Shown here: positions 12,707-25,186 of the stretch, in pieces
How positions within the stretch are numbered: the first letter of the stretch is position 1
How the letters are laid out: every line of letters begins with the position of its first letter
Origin: Balanoglossus misakiensis
Taxonomy: Eukaryota > Animalia > Hemichordata
DNA length: 64,000 nt
Direction: 5' to 3'
Assembly (NCBI GenBank): GCA_040954595.2
Contig: CM082591.2
Coordinates: 9,565,309 to 9,629,308 of the forward strand
The notes under the pieces: model-generated
Told to the model about the DNA's origin: nothing
The model's input: the letters and a program-made list of their open reading frames with translations, nothing else
The model's database searches: none
Translations under genes and position numbers: made by a program

Positions 12707-12822
12707 ACTCGGATAGAAAGCAGAAATTAATGTAAGGAAAATCCACGATGTCTGACAGGTGACAGGTAGTAACTCGGATAGAAAGCAGAAATGTAAGGAA
12801 AATCCACAATGTCTGACAGGTG
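12707..12822. repeat. Tandem duplication of about 55 bp
   Basis: actcggatagaaagcagaaat..gtaaggaaaatccac(g/a)atgtctgacaggtg occurs twice. Confidence 0.85.
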
Positions 12823-13913
12823 GTCAGTTTTTACAATGAGTAACTCTCATGACGAATCCTTTTCGAAAGAGACCACTTCAAATTGGGAGAAACAATTAGG
12901 TGTTAACGATAATGGCGTTGCTTTGTTGTTTTTTCTGTGCTGAAAGGCATTTTTGTATTGGGGTAAAGAAAATTGTGTACAAATTATTACACGTCACATT
13001 TGTCGACTCCTGTATTTCAAAACGAGCAAAGTTCGGTCGTATTTAATGTACAAAGGATCTTTTCCTTTTTGTTGTGTTGCTCGATAGATCATTATTCAGA
13101 AGGTCTATTTGAACATGCACGTCTCTATGGCTTCTCAGTGTACATGTATATATAGACTGTGCCGTGTCGTGGGTTCCTGGTCATTTGTTCGTATGGCAAC
13201 GAGTTTCAATAAGTTATATTTGCATATCGAGAGAGTGTGTTCTGCATTAAAGTTTCCGCCCCAAGCACTAGATTACTGAATAAATTCAGAGCTGATTCTC
13301 GACTTTAGTAGTTCCGACATCGATGCATTTTCCCGTTTTGCTGTTTATTTGTACTTGAGGACATTTTTATTCTACTCTGATGTGACTTGCTGTATAGTTT
13401 GTAACATTTATGTAAACTCAAAATTTTCCCTATTATTTTTCACATTTTCTAAAATAAAAAAAATGTTACTTCACAATAGTGTCATACATGTATGTGTGCA
13501 CCTGTATCTAACTCACTGACGGTGAGTTTAAGATTTACTTAAACTGGCAGTGAATATGGCTGGAGTCCATGCAATTGTTTGACAGAATGAACACAAGCTA
13601 GACATTTCATAGTTCTTCAGGAGTGCTTTTTTGATGCGGATTGTATGTTGTATGTTGCATGGAGGTAGGACGGAATGGAACTACACCTGCTACTGTTGTT
13701 TTTGAGGCAAGTCAGTGATTCCACTTGTTTACCGAGTAAACACGACTGTTTATTGGCAAGGCTACTCGCATGTGGCTGACAACAAAAGGAAATCAATAAA
13801 ATAAAAGTTTGATACACACGAAGAATGCAATCAGAACACAATATACATTCTACTGTTTTGAGAATATCCATCTAATTTACCAGGCGATGAAACAGGTAGA
13901 GAGTCCCTGCGTC

Positions 13914-13951
13914 CATGGAGGTACTAGAGAGATCTCTCTAGTACCTCCATG
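13914..13951. mobile_element. 38-bp perfect palindrome with 7-bp target duplication (P-element-like mini-MITE)
   Basis: CTGCGTC|CATGGAGGTACTAGAGAGATCTCTCTAGTACCTCCATG|CTGCGTC. Confidence 0.85.
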
Positions 13952-14831
13952 CTGCGTCAGAGAATAGCTACGCACGATTGTACAATCATGTAAACAAACA
14001 TGGCGTCGATCGACATCACATCACGTAGAGAGATCGAGTCACAGTCCGATCGAGGTGGTACCTCAGGCAAATGCGAACGATCTTACATGTTTGCTAACTT
14101 TGATGATTAGGTTGCAATGATCAATCTAGGCCCGATCAAGAAGACTGAGCTAGAATTTGTCGTGGTAAACCATGACACATTGATTACATCTCGGACACAT
14201 GCAGACACACACGAAACGTCTATTATTAAATTTATTCCGGTGACATGCTAGCCCAATTCTTAACTCCAGAGTTCTCAAACATGCCTTCTTCTCATTCTAA
14301 GACTGGCAGACTTCTCATGTGTTCATTCGGGCCCGCCAAACACAGCAAGCGCAGCGGGCTCATGGGCTAGCTGGGCCCGGTGGGCCCGAATGCGGGCCCA
14401 CCAAACACATTTAATTAGCAAGCCCTGCGGGCCCATGGGCCTGCTGGGCCCGGAGGGACCGAGCCCCCTGGCGCGCGCAGCAAGCCACTGAACGCGCCCG
14501 GCAAGCGCGCCATGTGCAGGACATTCAGTCTGTAGTGTATACTTCAATTACTTTAAGAAATTTATAATTGAGGTGTGAGGAGCCTCATTCCCTTTATTGC
14601 ATACAGACTTACAGTGTACATAGGATCAGGACGGCGAATGTTTTCGGCGTTGGGGGGGGGGGGGTCATCATATTTTTGGGTCTGTCAAAAGGGGGGTCAT
14701 CATTTTTTGCTCCTGGGTGAAGGGGGGGGGGGGGGTCAGCCTGATTTTGAAAACCGATGACACAAACTTGCCGCCCCCCCCCCCCGGCCGTAAAAACTGA
14801 ACGGTCCCTAATAGTACCAACAGGCAATTAA

Positions 14832-14971
14832 AGGTATACGGTCACCTATAGTTACCATGGCAAATTGAGATCTAGCCAATCACAGATTTTCAGTGGGTGG
14901 CACACGCGAAAAAAGAGCGCCGCCATATTTTCTCATCTCAGCCATATATGGGCATATGTAAGTGTATACCT
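14832..14971. mobile_element. Short Kolobok-like MITE
   Basis: TTAA|AGGTATAC...GTATACCT|TTAA. Confidence 0.7.
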
Positions 14972-17519
14972 TTAACCACCTCATGTCATTTACAGAATTG
15001 GAACACCCTAAAGAATGCCATGCAGACAATGTCACGTGTTGTTCCATGACCAATCAAACAACAAACTCATGTCCAAATCAATTAAATTCCAAAGAATGCT
15101 CCAAATATATTTGCAGAATTGCCACGCAAGTCGAGCATACTTAAGCACTCTGCATAACTGAAACATAAAATCCAAGCTTTTTACAATACAACAATAAACA
15201 TTCTGATCGAATTAATGACCAAATAAAACGAAAAACACAACTCGACCCACAAAAAGTATACGAAGCGCTTTTAATCGTTCATTAATGTTTGATCTCGAGG
15301 AGACGTGTTAAAAAATCCGCTATGAAAAGCAGGGGAGAACAATAACCTATTTTTACCAGGTAAACAGACACCAGGTAAAAATCCACCCATGCTTCCAGAC
15401 CGCTCTAGGATAGTGATCCATCCAATGAAACTGTATCTCTTTAACTTTAATTTGCAAACTCGTGGAATTGATCATTTTATAAATCGCTCCCTTTTGACGT
15501 TTTCTCTGTGGTTTGTTAATACGAATTTTGTCTGTGCCAAATCTGTCCTCTGATACTGTCACTTGTATTAGAGTTCGAATTACACAGAAGTACAGTACAA
15601 CGTTTTGAAGAAGGCAGACATTTTTCGTGGGAACGGTGATATACTTAGGCCACACTCGAGCTAAAAACAAAGGTCAAAAGTCTATATTTTATCAAAAATG
15701 TCTTGGACGCACTAACATCTACAGGATGTGGAAGGGGCGAGTCAAAACCGCGATCTACAACTGTGCCCCCCCCCCCGGCTGTCTTGCTTCTATTTGGAGT
15801 GTCAATATGTGATTTAGCGTTGTTTGCGGCAGAGACTAAGCTTTGTTCTTGTTTCACTCAATTTGCTGCATTGTGCTGTGCTCTGGTATTTCTCCAGGGT
15901 CTACGGTTACACTATAGGCTGATTAGTCGTATCTTTACTACACAGACAAAAAACGTCGAAGCTTTATGTCTGTGCTTTTTATGAACAAGCATCGTCCGAT
16001 TCGAACACGACTCATCGTCAGTAACTATGTTTATTTCGCCCTTGGAGACCTCCCCTGGCCTCGTTAGGATGACTGTTACCAGGACTACCTTAAACCAATC
16101 TTTTCGAACCGGACGGTACACACGACATGTCTTTGTTAATTGTCCTGGTACCAGAGTGTACGTGTGAGCTCCCTAAACCACTCATTGGCGGCCGGTCCCT
16201 GTCCGAATAAACACGTTTGACAGACAAAAAATGATGAACAAGTGGCTTATTTCAATACTTCGTTAACTAGACGGCTGAACTCTGAATGTTGATTCAGCAA
16301 AAAATGTGTTTACGGCAAGGTTTCGATCAATACGACACATTTACCATTGAAAACGCCCAAAGTAAGAAAAGAAGCGATTGAGCGGAAGTGATCGATGGGG
16401 GCGTTTGACCATCAATCAAAACCACGCCCAGGTGTATGTGAACGGCCGAAGCAGTGTAACGTTTCACATTCCGTGCAACGTCCGACACTGTGTGAAAGCG
16501 GTTGCTGTCGGGTGGCTTGACCTAATTTTCGTACATTGATATGCATTTGACACCTCACTACCTGTTTTCTCAATATTGCTAAAACTTTGCGTTGAAATAT
16601 CACTGAAATGTTGATGATCCACGCACAAGTCGTCTACCCCGGCATGAAAAGCTTCTTATACAAGAAAACTAATTGCATATGACCACCAAGGTCATACCGC
16701 AAGGTGTGTCTAAATGTCAAGGAAGGACACTTGGGTCAAGAACGACCATGACGGAGGAAAAACCGACAAGTCATTGTGTATTAACCTGTTTACTTGCCAA
16801 TAGTCAAACGTCAAAATTTACTCTCAACTTGGTTGCAGATCGAGTCTCCCGAATTTCCAACTTTTATGATTGGGTAAATACCGATATGCGACTGGTATGC
16901 GACGCGTTGACGACGCGAAGATTTTGTTGAAATCAAATGGTTTGTCAAATGTCATCTCACAGTGGAGATACCGTGGTCATCTGACATGAAAGGGTTCGAT
17001 TGGGTCTGACCGCCGTCGTTCATCCATGCTTAGAAAGCGGCCATCATGGTACAAAGTAAAACCAAGGTCAAACCTTACTGAACACATGTATTGCATGGAG
17101 AAACTTTTCTCCCTGTCTGTGTACTGAACACGTACCGTGATTGCCATAGTTACAAACGTTACCACGTGAGAGAGAGTGCATTTTACATCTGTCTTTTCAA
17201 TTTTGTTGCTTTCTTACTATTCGGAATGATGGAGTCGAAACGAAAACTTTTTGCTTCAGGTGGACCTAGGGGAAATACCTTATTTGTGACTTTTTTCATG
17301 ACCCTAAAAAGACGTCGGAATTAATGTGGCTGAGGTCACTCAGGACGACGGAATGGTTGAGCGATTTTCTTTTATGAGCTCCCACTAGTATTTGTTTTAT
17401 TGTTTCGGCAGTGTGTCGCGTTATTCGAGCAATCTGCAGTCTGAAAACGAACGGTTTTCAAAGTTTATAACAGAAGAACAGGGGTTTAAGCATGAAAGGT
17501 CCTGTTGTCTCCCTCGCTG

Positions 17520-17740
17520 TGTTTGTGTCACTGTGTCTTTGACGTCTGACTGACTGATTAACTGGCTGACTGACTTAGTGACTGTCTGTCAACGTCTGTC
17601 TGTCTGACTGTCTGCCCCCTCTCTCTGAGAGAGAGAGTGAGCGAGCGAGCGAGCGACCGATGAGTGTCTCTACTGATGACTGTCGCTCTGTGTGTCTGCT
17701 TGTGTCTGTCCGCCACTCTGCCTGTTTCACTCTGTCTCTC
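17520..17740. repeat. Degenerate TCTG/ACTG/GA/GAGC microsatellite cluster
   Basis: Runs of ctga, tctg, ga and gagc units. Confidence 0.75.
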
Positions 17741-18370
17741 CTAATTTCTTTAAAATTAGGGATATGCTATTAATGCGATATGAAAGTCAGACACGACGGA
17801 AACCTTTTATTCTCAAAACTGTCTGTTGTTTGCTGTTAAATATTGCAAAAGGTTAAGGGCCCTTTTCGCACGAGACACATGGCTTTGCAGCCGTAGCTCC
17901 CAATGTCATAACGATTACCCGAACTACCCTAATTTTAGCCCGCCGACCCAAAACAGTTTAGATCTTCGTAAACCGGAAGTAAAAATAACGATGTCAAATA
18001 TACAACAATTCATGAAAATTGCGAGAATCACGCAAGAACTATGATGTCATTCTTCTACACTACGACGGCCAAAGATATAAAAAAACTGAAAAATAAAAAA
18101 ATGTCCCTTTCTACCTACACTATTTTTGAAAACCATGTAATCGGAATAGCACATAATAGTTTTTTGGCCTGAGACATATCCAATTTCCCAACTGAACATG
18201 ACACATGATCAAGCATTTTCGACTTATCAGATGCAATCGCTGAACACCTCACACTGAGCGAGGTTTTGTCTGTCTTTATACGCGCCCTTTGTATTTGTGC
18301 GTGACATGTCCAAGCCTTGTTAGGATCTCCCGTAAAATTCTACTCAAATGATGTATACTTTCATACTTAC

Positions 18371-18452
18371 GACTGACAGGTATTTTCAGCGTTGCCAGCT
18401 GATTGTTTGTCAGGTACCGCTTTATAACAAGACGCCCCTCTTAGTTGATAAC
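18371..18452 (-). CDS. uif: uninflatable-like gene, exon 3 (C-type lectin N-part)
   Basis: ttgcag/gtaagt splice sites; (G)YQLRGASCYKAVPDKQSAGNAENTCQS; phase 2 matches exon 4. Confidence 0.88.
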
Positions 18453-18519
18453 CTGCAATGTAACATCATTCAATTCGTCTAGTCATGTTAGCATTAGTAA
18501 AATGCTTCAAAAGTGTTAA

Positions 18520-18810
18520 AGGGACATGATACAAGACACCGTTTATGTTAGTGAATGAACGTTCAACCACACACAACTTCCATCCCGCTTGTATGATACG
18601 AGAGTAAAAACTCGCCCGAAATGAATAAATGGTAGAGACCGTTTATTCATTTTGGCGACTTTTTAAAACTCTCGTGTCTATACAAGCGGAGTGGAAGGTG
18701 TGTATGGTTGAACGTTGATTCACTATATCCACATGTAGAATAATATAAACGCAGTCTTGTATCAAACATAATTAATGGAAAAAGGGCAGGGAGAGAGAGA
18801 CTTTGTCCCT
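18520..18810. mobile_element. Foldback MITE family A, copy 3
   Basis: TTAA|AGGGACA...CTTTGTCCCT|TTAA; left arm partly deleted. Confidence 0.85.
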
Positions 18811-19147
18811 TTAATGAATACAGCCACAATGTTCTGTTTATATCTACTGCCGGACCAAGCATGGATTGTCACGTATAATTCTTTGAAACGTTTGGTCCTC
18901 TGAAGAAATCTGAGCACTCATCTACTCAGTTTGCTTATTTTTTCTTCCTCCACCAGTCAGTGGTATCGTCCGATTTGATACTCCACTCTAAGCCTCTTTC
19001 TGAATGGCTCTTTAAGTTGTGATCTGTAAGTCTTAAACCTTTCATCACCCCCCCCCCCCCCGTTTCCTCTTTAGAGGTCCAACCATAGAAAACAATTGGT
19101 TTGGACTGAACCATGTTGTTGAAAGGGCTAGGGTCAATTCAACTTAC

Positions 19148-19205
19148 CTTCTGGACATTCATATTTCACAGAGGGTGTTCAAAACAGTGCTCCAAGATCC
19201 AATTG
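19148..19205 (-). CDS. uif: uninflatable-like gene, exon 2 (start of C-type lectin domain; apparent +1 frameshift)
   Basis: cacag acceptor and gtaagt donor; ends TAT GAA TGT CCA GAA G (YECPEG), which joins exon 3. It is 58 nt, one base too long for a phase 1-1 exon. Confidence 0.75.
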
Positions 19206-19246
19206 CTGTGACAAAAAAACAATAAGTTAGCTGCCAGTACACTCAA

Positions 19247-19627
19247 TGATGTATGCGCAGAACGTCAACTGTTAATCTGTGCGCCTGTGTCTCTTCCCAT
19301 AGGAGTACATGGAGAATAGCTAGAAAACTCACTTCTACTATTGTCATTTTCATGAAATTTTACACATAGCTCCGACAAATCAAAATAAATTCACCACGCT
19401 CTATTTTGAGATAAATTTGTTCAATATTGTATCCATAGACAAACCATTGGTAGAAAATGCTGACCGGCAGCAGTTTTTTTCAATTATCGACTAAATTCAC
19501 GGCCTTGTTTAAAGTCGAAAACAAGTGCAGTGACCCAAAATGGATTTTCATTATACATACAAATCAGAAACGAAAATCCACGATTAAAAGAAATGACAAT
19601 GCTTTCAATTTTACTGATCGTACATCC
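19247..19627. mobile_element. Kolobok-like non-autonomous element, family B
   Basis: tgatgtatgcg...cgtacatcc|TTAA; a diverged inverted copy lies at 27960-28246. Confidence 0.55.
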
Positions 19628-19631
19628 TTAA

Positions 19632-19951
19632 CTCGCTGCCCTTTTCCATGTTTGATACAAAACACCGTTTATGTTAATGTAAATGTGGATATATAGTGAT
19701 GCAACGTTCAACCGCACACACCTTCCATCCCGCATGTAGACACGAGAGCGAAAACTCGCCAAACTGAAAAATCGGTCTCTACCATTTATTCATTTTGGGC
19801 GAGTTTTTACTCTCATATCATACAAGCAGGATGGAAGTTGTGTGTGGTTGAACGTTCATTCACTACATGTACACATGCCCATTAATATAAACGGTGTCTT
19901 GTATCAAACATAATTAATGGAAAAGGGCGACGAGAGAGAGAGTTTGTCCCT
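19632..19951. mobile_element. Foldback MITE family A, copy 4 (left end truncated)
   Basis: Same arms; ends TTTGTCCCT|TTAA. Confidence 0.85.
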
Positions 19952-20693
19952 TTAAGGCGACATGATGCATGAAGTGGCGAAAGATAAACGCGACTGACCA
20001 CCGCAAGATGGCATTAAACACTGTCAAGCAAGGCACTTCAAATGCCAATTGTTTAAGTGTGTACTAAGTAATAGGTTCATGTACCATTTCCTGGGGGGGG
20101 GGGGGTCAAATCACAACAGTTGGACATGTACGAATATGAAGAGACGATATCAGTTTTTTCATGTCTTCCTTTAGTAAAAAATCTTTCTTGAACTTTGTAT
20201 AGAATTCATTGAACTTTACTTTAGCTTATGAACTCTCATTTGCACATCGTCATCTTGAAATTGTGTCGACTTTATCATAAGGTTTTTATCACTCAACTAG
20301 GTCGCAAAACCTATTTAAGTTAGTGAGAATAGGACGTTCACCTTTTGGGTCGATGGCTACAGCCGTTAATCCTGACTCATATAGATGTTGCAGCCAGTAT
20401 ACTCTGCAGACATTGGACACAATAGTTTTACGAACCATTAAATTTACTTGGACCATCAAGTTTATTGACCCATGACGTTCATATAGATTTTATGACACGA
20501 CTGACGCTATAATCGGTCCATACCTTCGGCGAGCCAAGTGTTTTATAACATCATAAGACATTAATACCTATCACCTAGTCAAACGATTTCAAGTTATAAA
20601 ATTCCCACGCCAATAGGACGCCTTTAGGTGGAAATGCAACCAGGTATCCTGAATAGGAAAATATTCTGGGTATCTGTCAAGTTTAGTCCCATA

Positions 20694-23600
20694 TTTAGGG
20701 GACCAAGCGCCCTCAGGCGCTTGGTCCCCTTCTGTTATTGCTGGAGTTTGTCTTCTTTCTTCTTGAGTCGTTTTTTTGCGCCCGTTTTTCTCTGAAATTC
20801 CGGCAGGTGCGCCTTCCAAATTTGGCACGGTGGTTGGGGCCCATGAGTACTGGTGCACCTGCCCTTTGACTTTGTAATTAGTCACGTGACTTTGTGGCTA
20901 TAATCGAGCGAAATTTTGAAATTGACCTAATTTGCACGTTAATGGGGGCATGTACATTCTTTTCGCGATTTTTGTAGACCATTTGGCCAAAATCCCCTGT
21001 GCCAAATTTCAAGGTCCTAGGCCACGTCGATTTTGAGAAGAAGATTTTTGTAATATTTTTTCGCATTTTTTGGTGGGCTGAGGACGGACACTGGGGCATC
21101 GGACTTTGACCGTCATTACGTAATGTTGTGGAGATCTCATTAGCAGGCTACTCACTTCTGGCGGGTTGCAGTAGTCCTTGGAAAATCGGCTGAAATACGT
21201 AAACAGACCAGTGATTATTTTCCACGGAATGAATTTTGGGACAACACATTATCGGAGTTCAGGCTGTGTTAGGGCGTTTTATTGAATTACGCTGAGTTTG
21301 GATTGACCACTGTGTTACCACTGAAATTTTTCATAGCAATGTTCTTTTAATTTCGAGTCTTTGCAATGTTGTTGACTCCGACCATATTCCTGTTTCAATA
21401 GAGGTTCATTTCAACACTTCTGCTGATGAAAGCTTCAGCAGTAGTTCCTTCAAGCAATGTAATTTTCGAGTTGATTGGAAAAAATTGTCACAGCAGAATG
21501 TATCCGCCTACACCCGTTGTACCAAAGCCAAGATTGATAGGATTAATTTATCCGAAGAGTTATTCTGCACTAATGTGAACTGTACAGACCCTTCGCATTT
21601 ACAGGCAATTGATACTTGTTATAGTAGTATTGTGGACGCATTGAATTGTGCTGCAAAAGATACCATTAGGCGTAAGTTTCACCAGAAAGTTCATGTTGTG
21701 CCTGGCTGGAACGATTTTGTAAAAGAAAGTCACGACTATGCCCGTTCCATGTTTTTATTATGGGTTAATGGGGGTAAACCTAAACAAGGCCCGCTTTTTG
21801 AAACCATGAAATCTTCCAGAGCTCGTTTTAAGTATGCTTTACGTGCTTGTAAAAAGATTGAGAATCAAAATAGGGCTGACAAGATGGCTGACAATTTACG
21901 CTGCCACAAACAGAACGACTTCTGGAAGGAAGTCAGGAAGCAAACTAGCAGAAAAACGCCGCTTTCTGACACTGTAGGTGGAGCGACTGGTGAGAGTGAA
22001 ATTGCAATTATGTGGCACAAGCATTTCAGTGATATTTTGAATTCTGTCCAGGCTCAGACTGGTAAAAATGACATCGAGGAGAAAATGAAGTATGTTAACT
22101 TTTCTTCTGATATGTATGTTTCTGAAGACGAAGTAATTTCTGCTATACATAAGTTACCTGACGATAAGACAGCTGGCATTGACACTATTTCAGCTGAGCA
22201 CCTCAAATTCTCAGACTCCTCTATTTTACCCATTTTGACTTGTTGTATTAATGCTATGATTGTTCATGGTTACCTGCCAACTGAGGCTATTAAAGTTATT
22301 TTAGTTCCAATTATTAAGGATAAAACTAAGCTTTGTAGTGATGCCAGTAACTACCTGCTGATAGCACTAGCAACTGTTTTCTCTAAAGTTTTTGAGCATA
22401 TTTTACTTTCTCGTTGTGAGGAGTTTCTTACCTCTCATTATTTACAATTTGGTTTCAAGCGAGAACATTCAACTGACCTGTGTTTATTAGCATTTAGAGA
22501 AATCATTAGCTACTACACCAGCAATGGAAGACCAGTGTTTACTTGTTTTCTGGATGCTTCAAAAGCTTTTGACAGAGTTAATCACTTTAAACTGGTTAAC
22601 AAGCTCATCGACAGGAATGTTCCCTTGTATGCTGAATTTTATATTACTGGTACAGAAATCAATTGTTTACTGTGTTGTGGGGTAATGAAACCTCAGAGTT
22701 GTTTTCTGTTTCTAACGGTGTAAGACAAGGGGGAGTACTCTCTCCCTATCTTTTTAATGTCTACATTGATGATCTTATCAATGCACTCTGTAAAGCCAAA
22801 GTTGGCTGTACCATGTGTGGTGTCAGCGCTAACACTTTAGGTTACGCTGACGACATGACTCTACTCAGTCCAAGTATTCAGGGTCTACGCCGTCTTCTTA
22901 GAATTTGTGAAATTTATGGCAAGGATTATGATATCATTTATAATCCTAGTAAAACTGTGTGCATGCTTTTTAATGGGAAGAATATGAGCGTTCAAAGAAT
23001 TCCTTAGGTTAAACTTAATGACATCACTTTAAAGTTTGTACCTGTACACACCTATCTGGGCCATGTTATATCTTGTGATGGTTGTGATAATGAAGATATT
23101 GAACGACAGAGAAGAGCATTTTGTGTTAGAGCAAACATGCTATTGAGACATTTTCAACATTGTAGTCAAGATGTGAAGAAAGTTTTATTTTTGGCATATT
23201 GTAGTAATATTTACTGTTGCAGTTTGTGGGCATCCTTTAAAGTTAAACCGATGAAAAAATTTAAACTATGTACAATAATGTTTGGAGAAGACTTGTCGGT
23301 CTTCCGCCATTTTGCAGTGCATCGGGGATGTTTCCTACAAAACATGTACATGTATTGTCACTTGGTGAAGTTTTTAGACGCAATATGTACAGTTTTAAGC
23401 GTAGACTCGAAAATTCTTCTAATGTTTTACTTGATGCGATCTGTTCATCAGATAGAGCGACTGACAGCATATTTTTTCAAACATTGGCGAAAGCAATTGT
23501 ATATCATGTAATTTTGCAGAGTTTTTTTGTGTGTGTCTCAGTTTCAGATTTTCATTAGTGTTTTTTTTTCTTCTTGGGTATATGGACTTTTTTTAAAAGT

Positions 23601-25100
23601 CTGAAATAAAGAATTATTATTATTTGTTAGCTGTTGCCATTCAAATGTGTCTACGCAAACCCGGCTACACTGGCAGTGGACTTTGACCCTAAGACGCTAA
23701 TGTTGTGGGAGGTTTCATTAGCATTGTAGTCACATGTAGTGGATAGTAGTTTGGGAAATTGGCTGAAATACGTCAGCAGACCAGTGATTTTCTTGCACGA
23801 AGGGAGTATGGTACCAGCAATAATCAGAGATCAGGCTTCGTTGCCGTTGAAAAGTTCCTACTTCAGTCGTGATGTTGCAACTGGACGTTCAGTATGGGGG
23901 TCGGCCCGCAGGTGGCCGTGTGGGTTATCAGGTCGCCCGTAACGGCACGCAGCTACATGCAGCTGTATGGGACCAAAATAATACACCCGTTTCGGGGGTC
24001 ACCTGTGACACCTGCGTAACTCAATAATTATGTGCATGTGTAATTGTGGGGTCAATGAAAGGGGTGGTAGCGTGGTATTTGTTGCACATGGATCAATATG
24101 AAGTCCGATTTTCCCGTCAAGTTGTGGGCGACCTTATGTGACCTTTCACCTACTTTTGCTTAGTGAGCATCCGCAGCAGATGCATGCAGCTTTGGCTTGG
24201 GGGGGGGGGGGGCATATACGGATGGGACCATAATGATATACCAAAGGCGGGGTCACCTGTTGCACCTGCCTAAGTCATTGATTTTGTACATTTAATTGGA
24301 CACTAACCAACAGGGCGATAGGTGTGGTTTTTGTTCCACAGGGACGAATGTAAGTGTCAGTTGGTTTTTGCCCAAATGTATAAGGTGATTTGGATGACCT
24401 CTGTCATACAGTGCCATATCTCATCCCGTTGTACAGGTGCAGCTTTGGTATTTGGAGGGATGAAACTATCTTGAAATGCCAAATACAGGGGGATACCTTT
24501 GACACCTGCTTGATTCATGTATTACGTGCATACCTAATGTTAGGCAAAGTGAAAGGGCTGCAAATGTAGGATTTGTTGCACAAGACATAAACAGGAATGA
24601 AATTTTTCTGTCAAATTTTTGAATGACCTCAGGTGTCCATTGACCTGCTTTCCATATGTTAGCATGCATATCATATATAGCCACGTGTTTGGAGGGGTAG
24701 GGTAGGACCGTCATGAAATGCTAAATTCCTAGGGCCACCTGTAACTTACTTGCGTAACTCATTATTATGGCCATACCTAATTTTAAAAACCCAAAGGGCG
24801 AGAATTTTCCGTTGTCTTGAATATGAACCAAATAGGAATCCAAATTTTTGGCCCAATTTTTGGGTACTCTCAGCTGACCTTTGAAGTACTTAACTGAAGT
24901 CCTTACATAACGTAGAAGTTCACTTTTGGTTGTTGTGTTTGTACTTGTAGGACATCCATTTCGGGTGGTTGCCTACTTCCCCATATCTCCACATCCAGAG
25001 CAAATACAGCCTACGCATTTGAATGGTACAACCCTGAATGGAGTCTAATGGTTATTATCTCTATGCTTTGGCCCCTTCAATGCTGCTTGCAGCTGTAATT
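20694..25100 (+). mobile_element. Helentron-like non-autonomous element hosting a LINE
   Basis: 5' hairpin aggggaccaagcgcc-ctca-ggcgcttggtcccct; 3' ttggcccct followed by tcaatgctgcttgcagctgtaatt; diverged internal direct repeats (about 21090-21230 and 23665-23800). Confidence 0.6.
21295..23624 (+). mobile_element. 5'-truncated non-LTR retrotransposon (APE endonuclease C-terminus plus reverse transcriptase), degenerate; clade undetermined
   Basis: IDH...SDHIP endonuclease end in frame with ORF 21485; QFGF, FLDASKAFDRV, GVRQGGVLSP and YADD RT motifs; frameshifts near 22630 and 23260, stop at 23005; AATAAA plus (ATT)n tail. Confidence 0.93.
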
Positions 25101-25186
25101 ATTACTATTTTTATTGTCACGATATAAAGACACCAACTAAAAACTTACAAAATCACAATGTCTTCACAACTCAAAATTTCACTCAC

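Larger units (their letters stand above)
9027..14537. mobile_element. CACTA/EnSpm-type element (5.5 kb, no recognisable transposase)
   Basis: Perfect 21-bp TIRs CACTACAGACTGAATGTCCTG / CAGGACATTCAGTCTGTAGTG, TA on both flanks, and GC-rich subterminal repeats at 9050-9240 and 14325-14520. Confidence 0.85.
7850..14808. mobile_element. PIF/Harbinger-like non-autonomous element split by a CACTA insertion
   Basis: TTA|GGGACCGTTCAGGTTTTACGGCCGGGGG at 7850 and CCCCCGGCCGTAAAAACTGAACGGTCCC|TAA ending at 14808; about 1.45 kb without the insert. The flanks differ by one base. Confidence 0.65.

Noticed and set aside
19179-19181. In-frame TGA read as selenocysteine or readthrough
   Set aside because: It applies only to phase-0 entry; the candidate upstream exon is phase 1, a single-base insertion explains the data better, and there is no SECIS evidence in the window.
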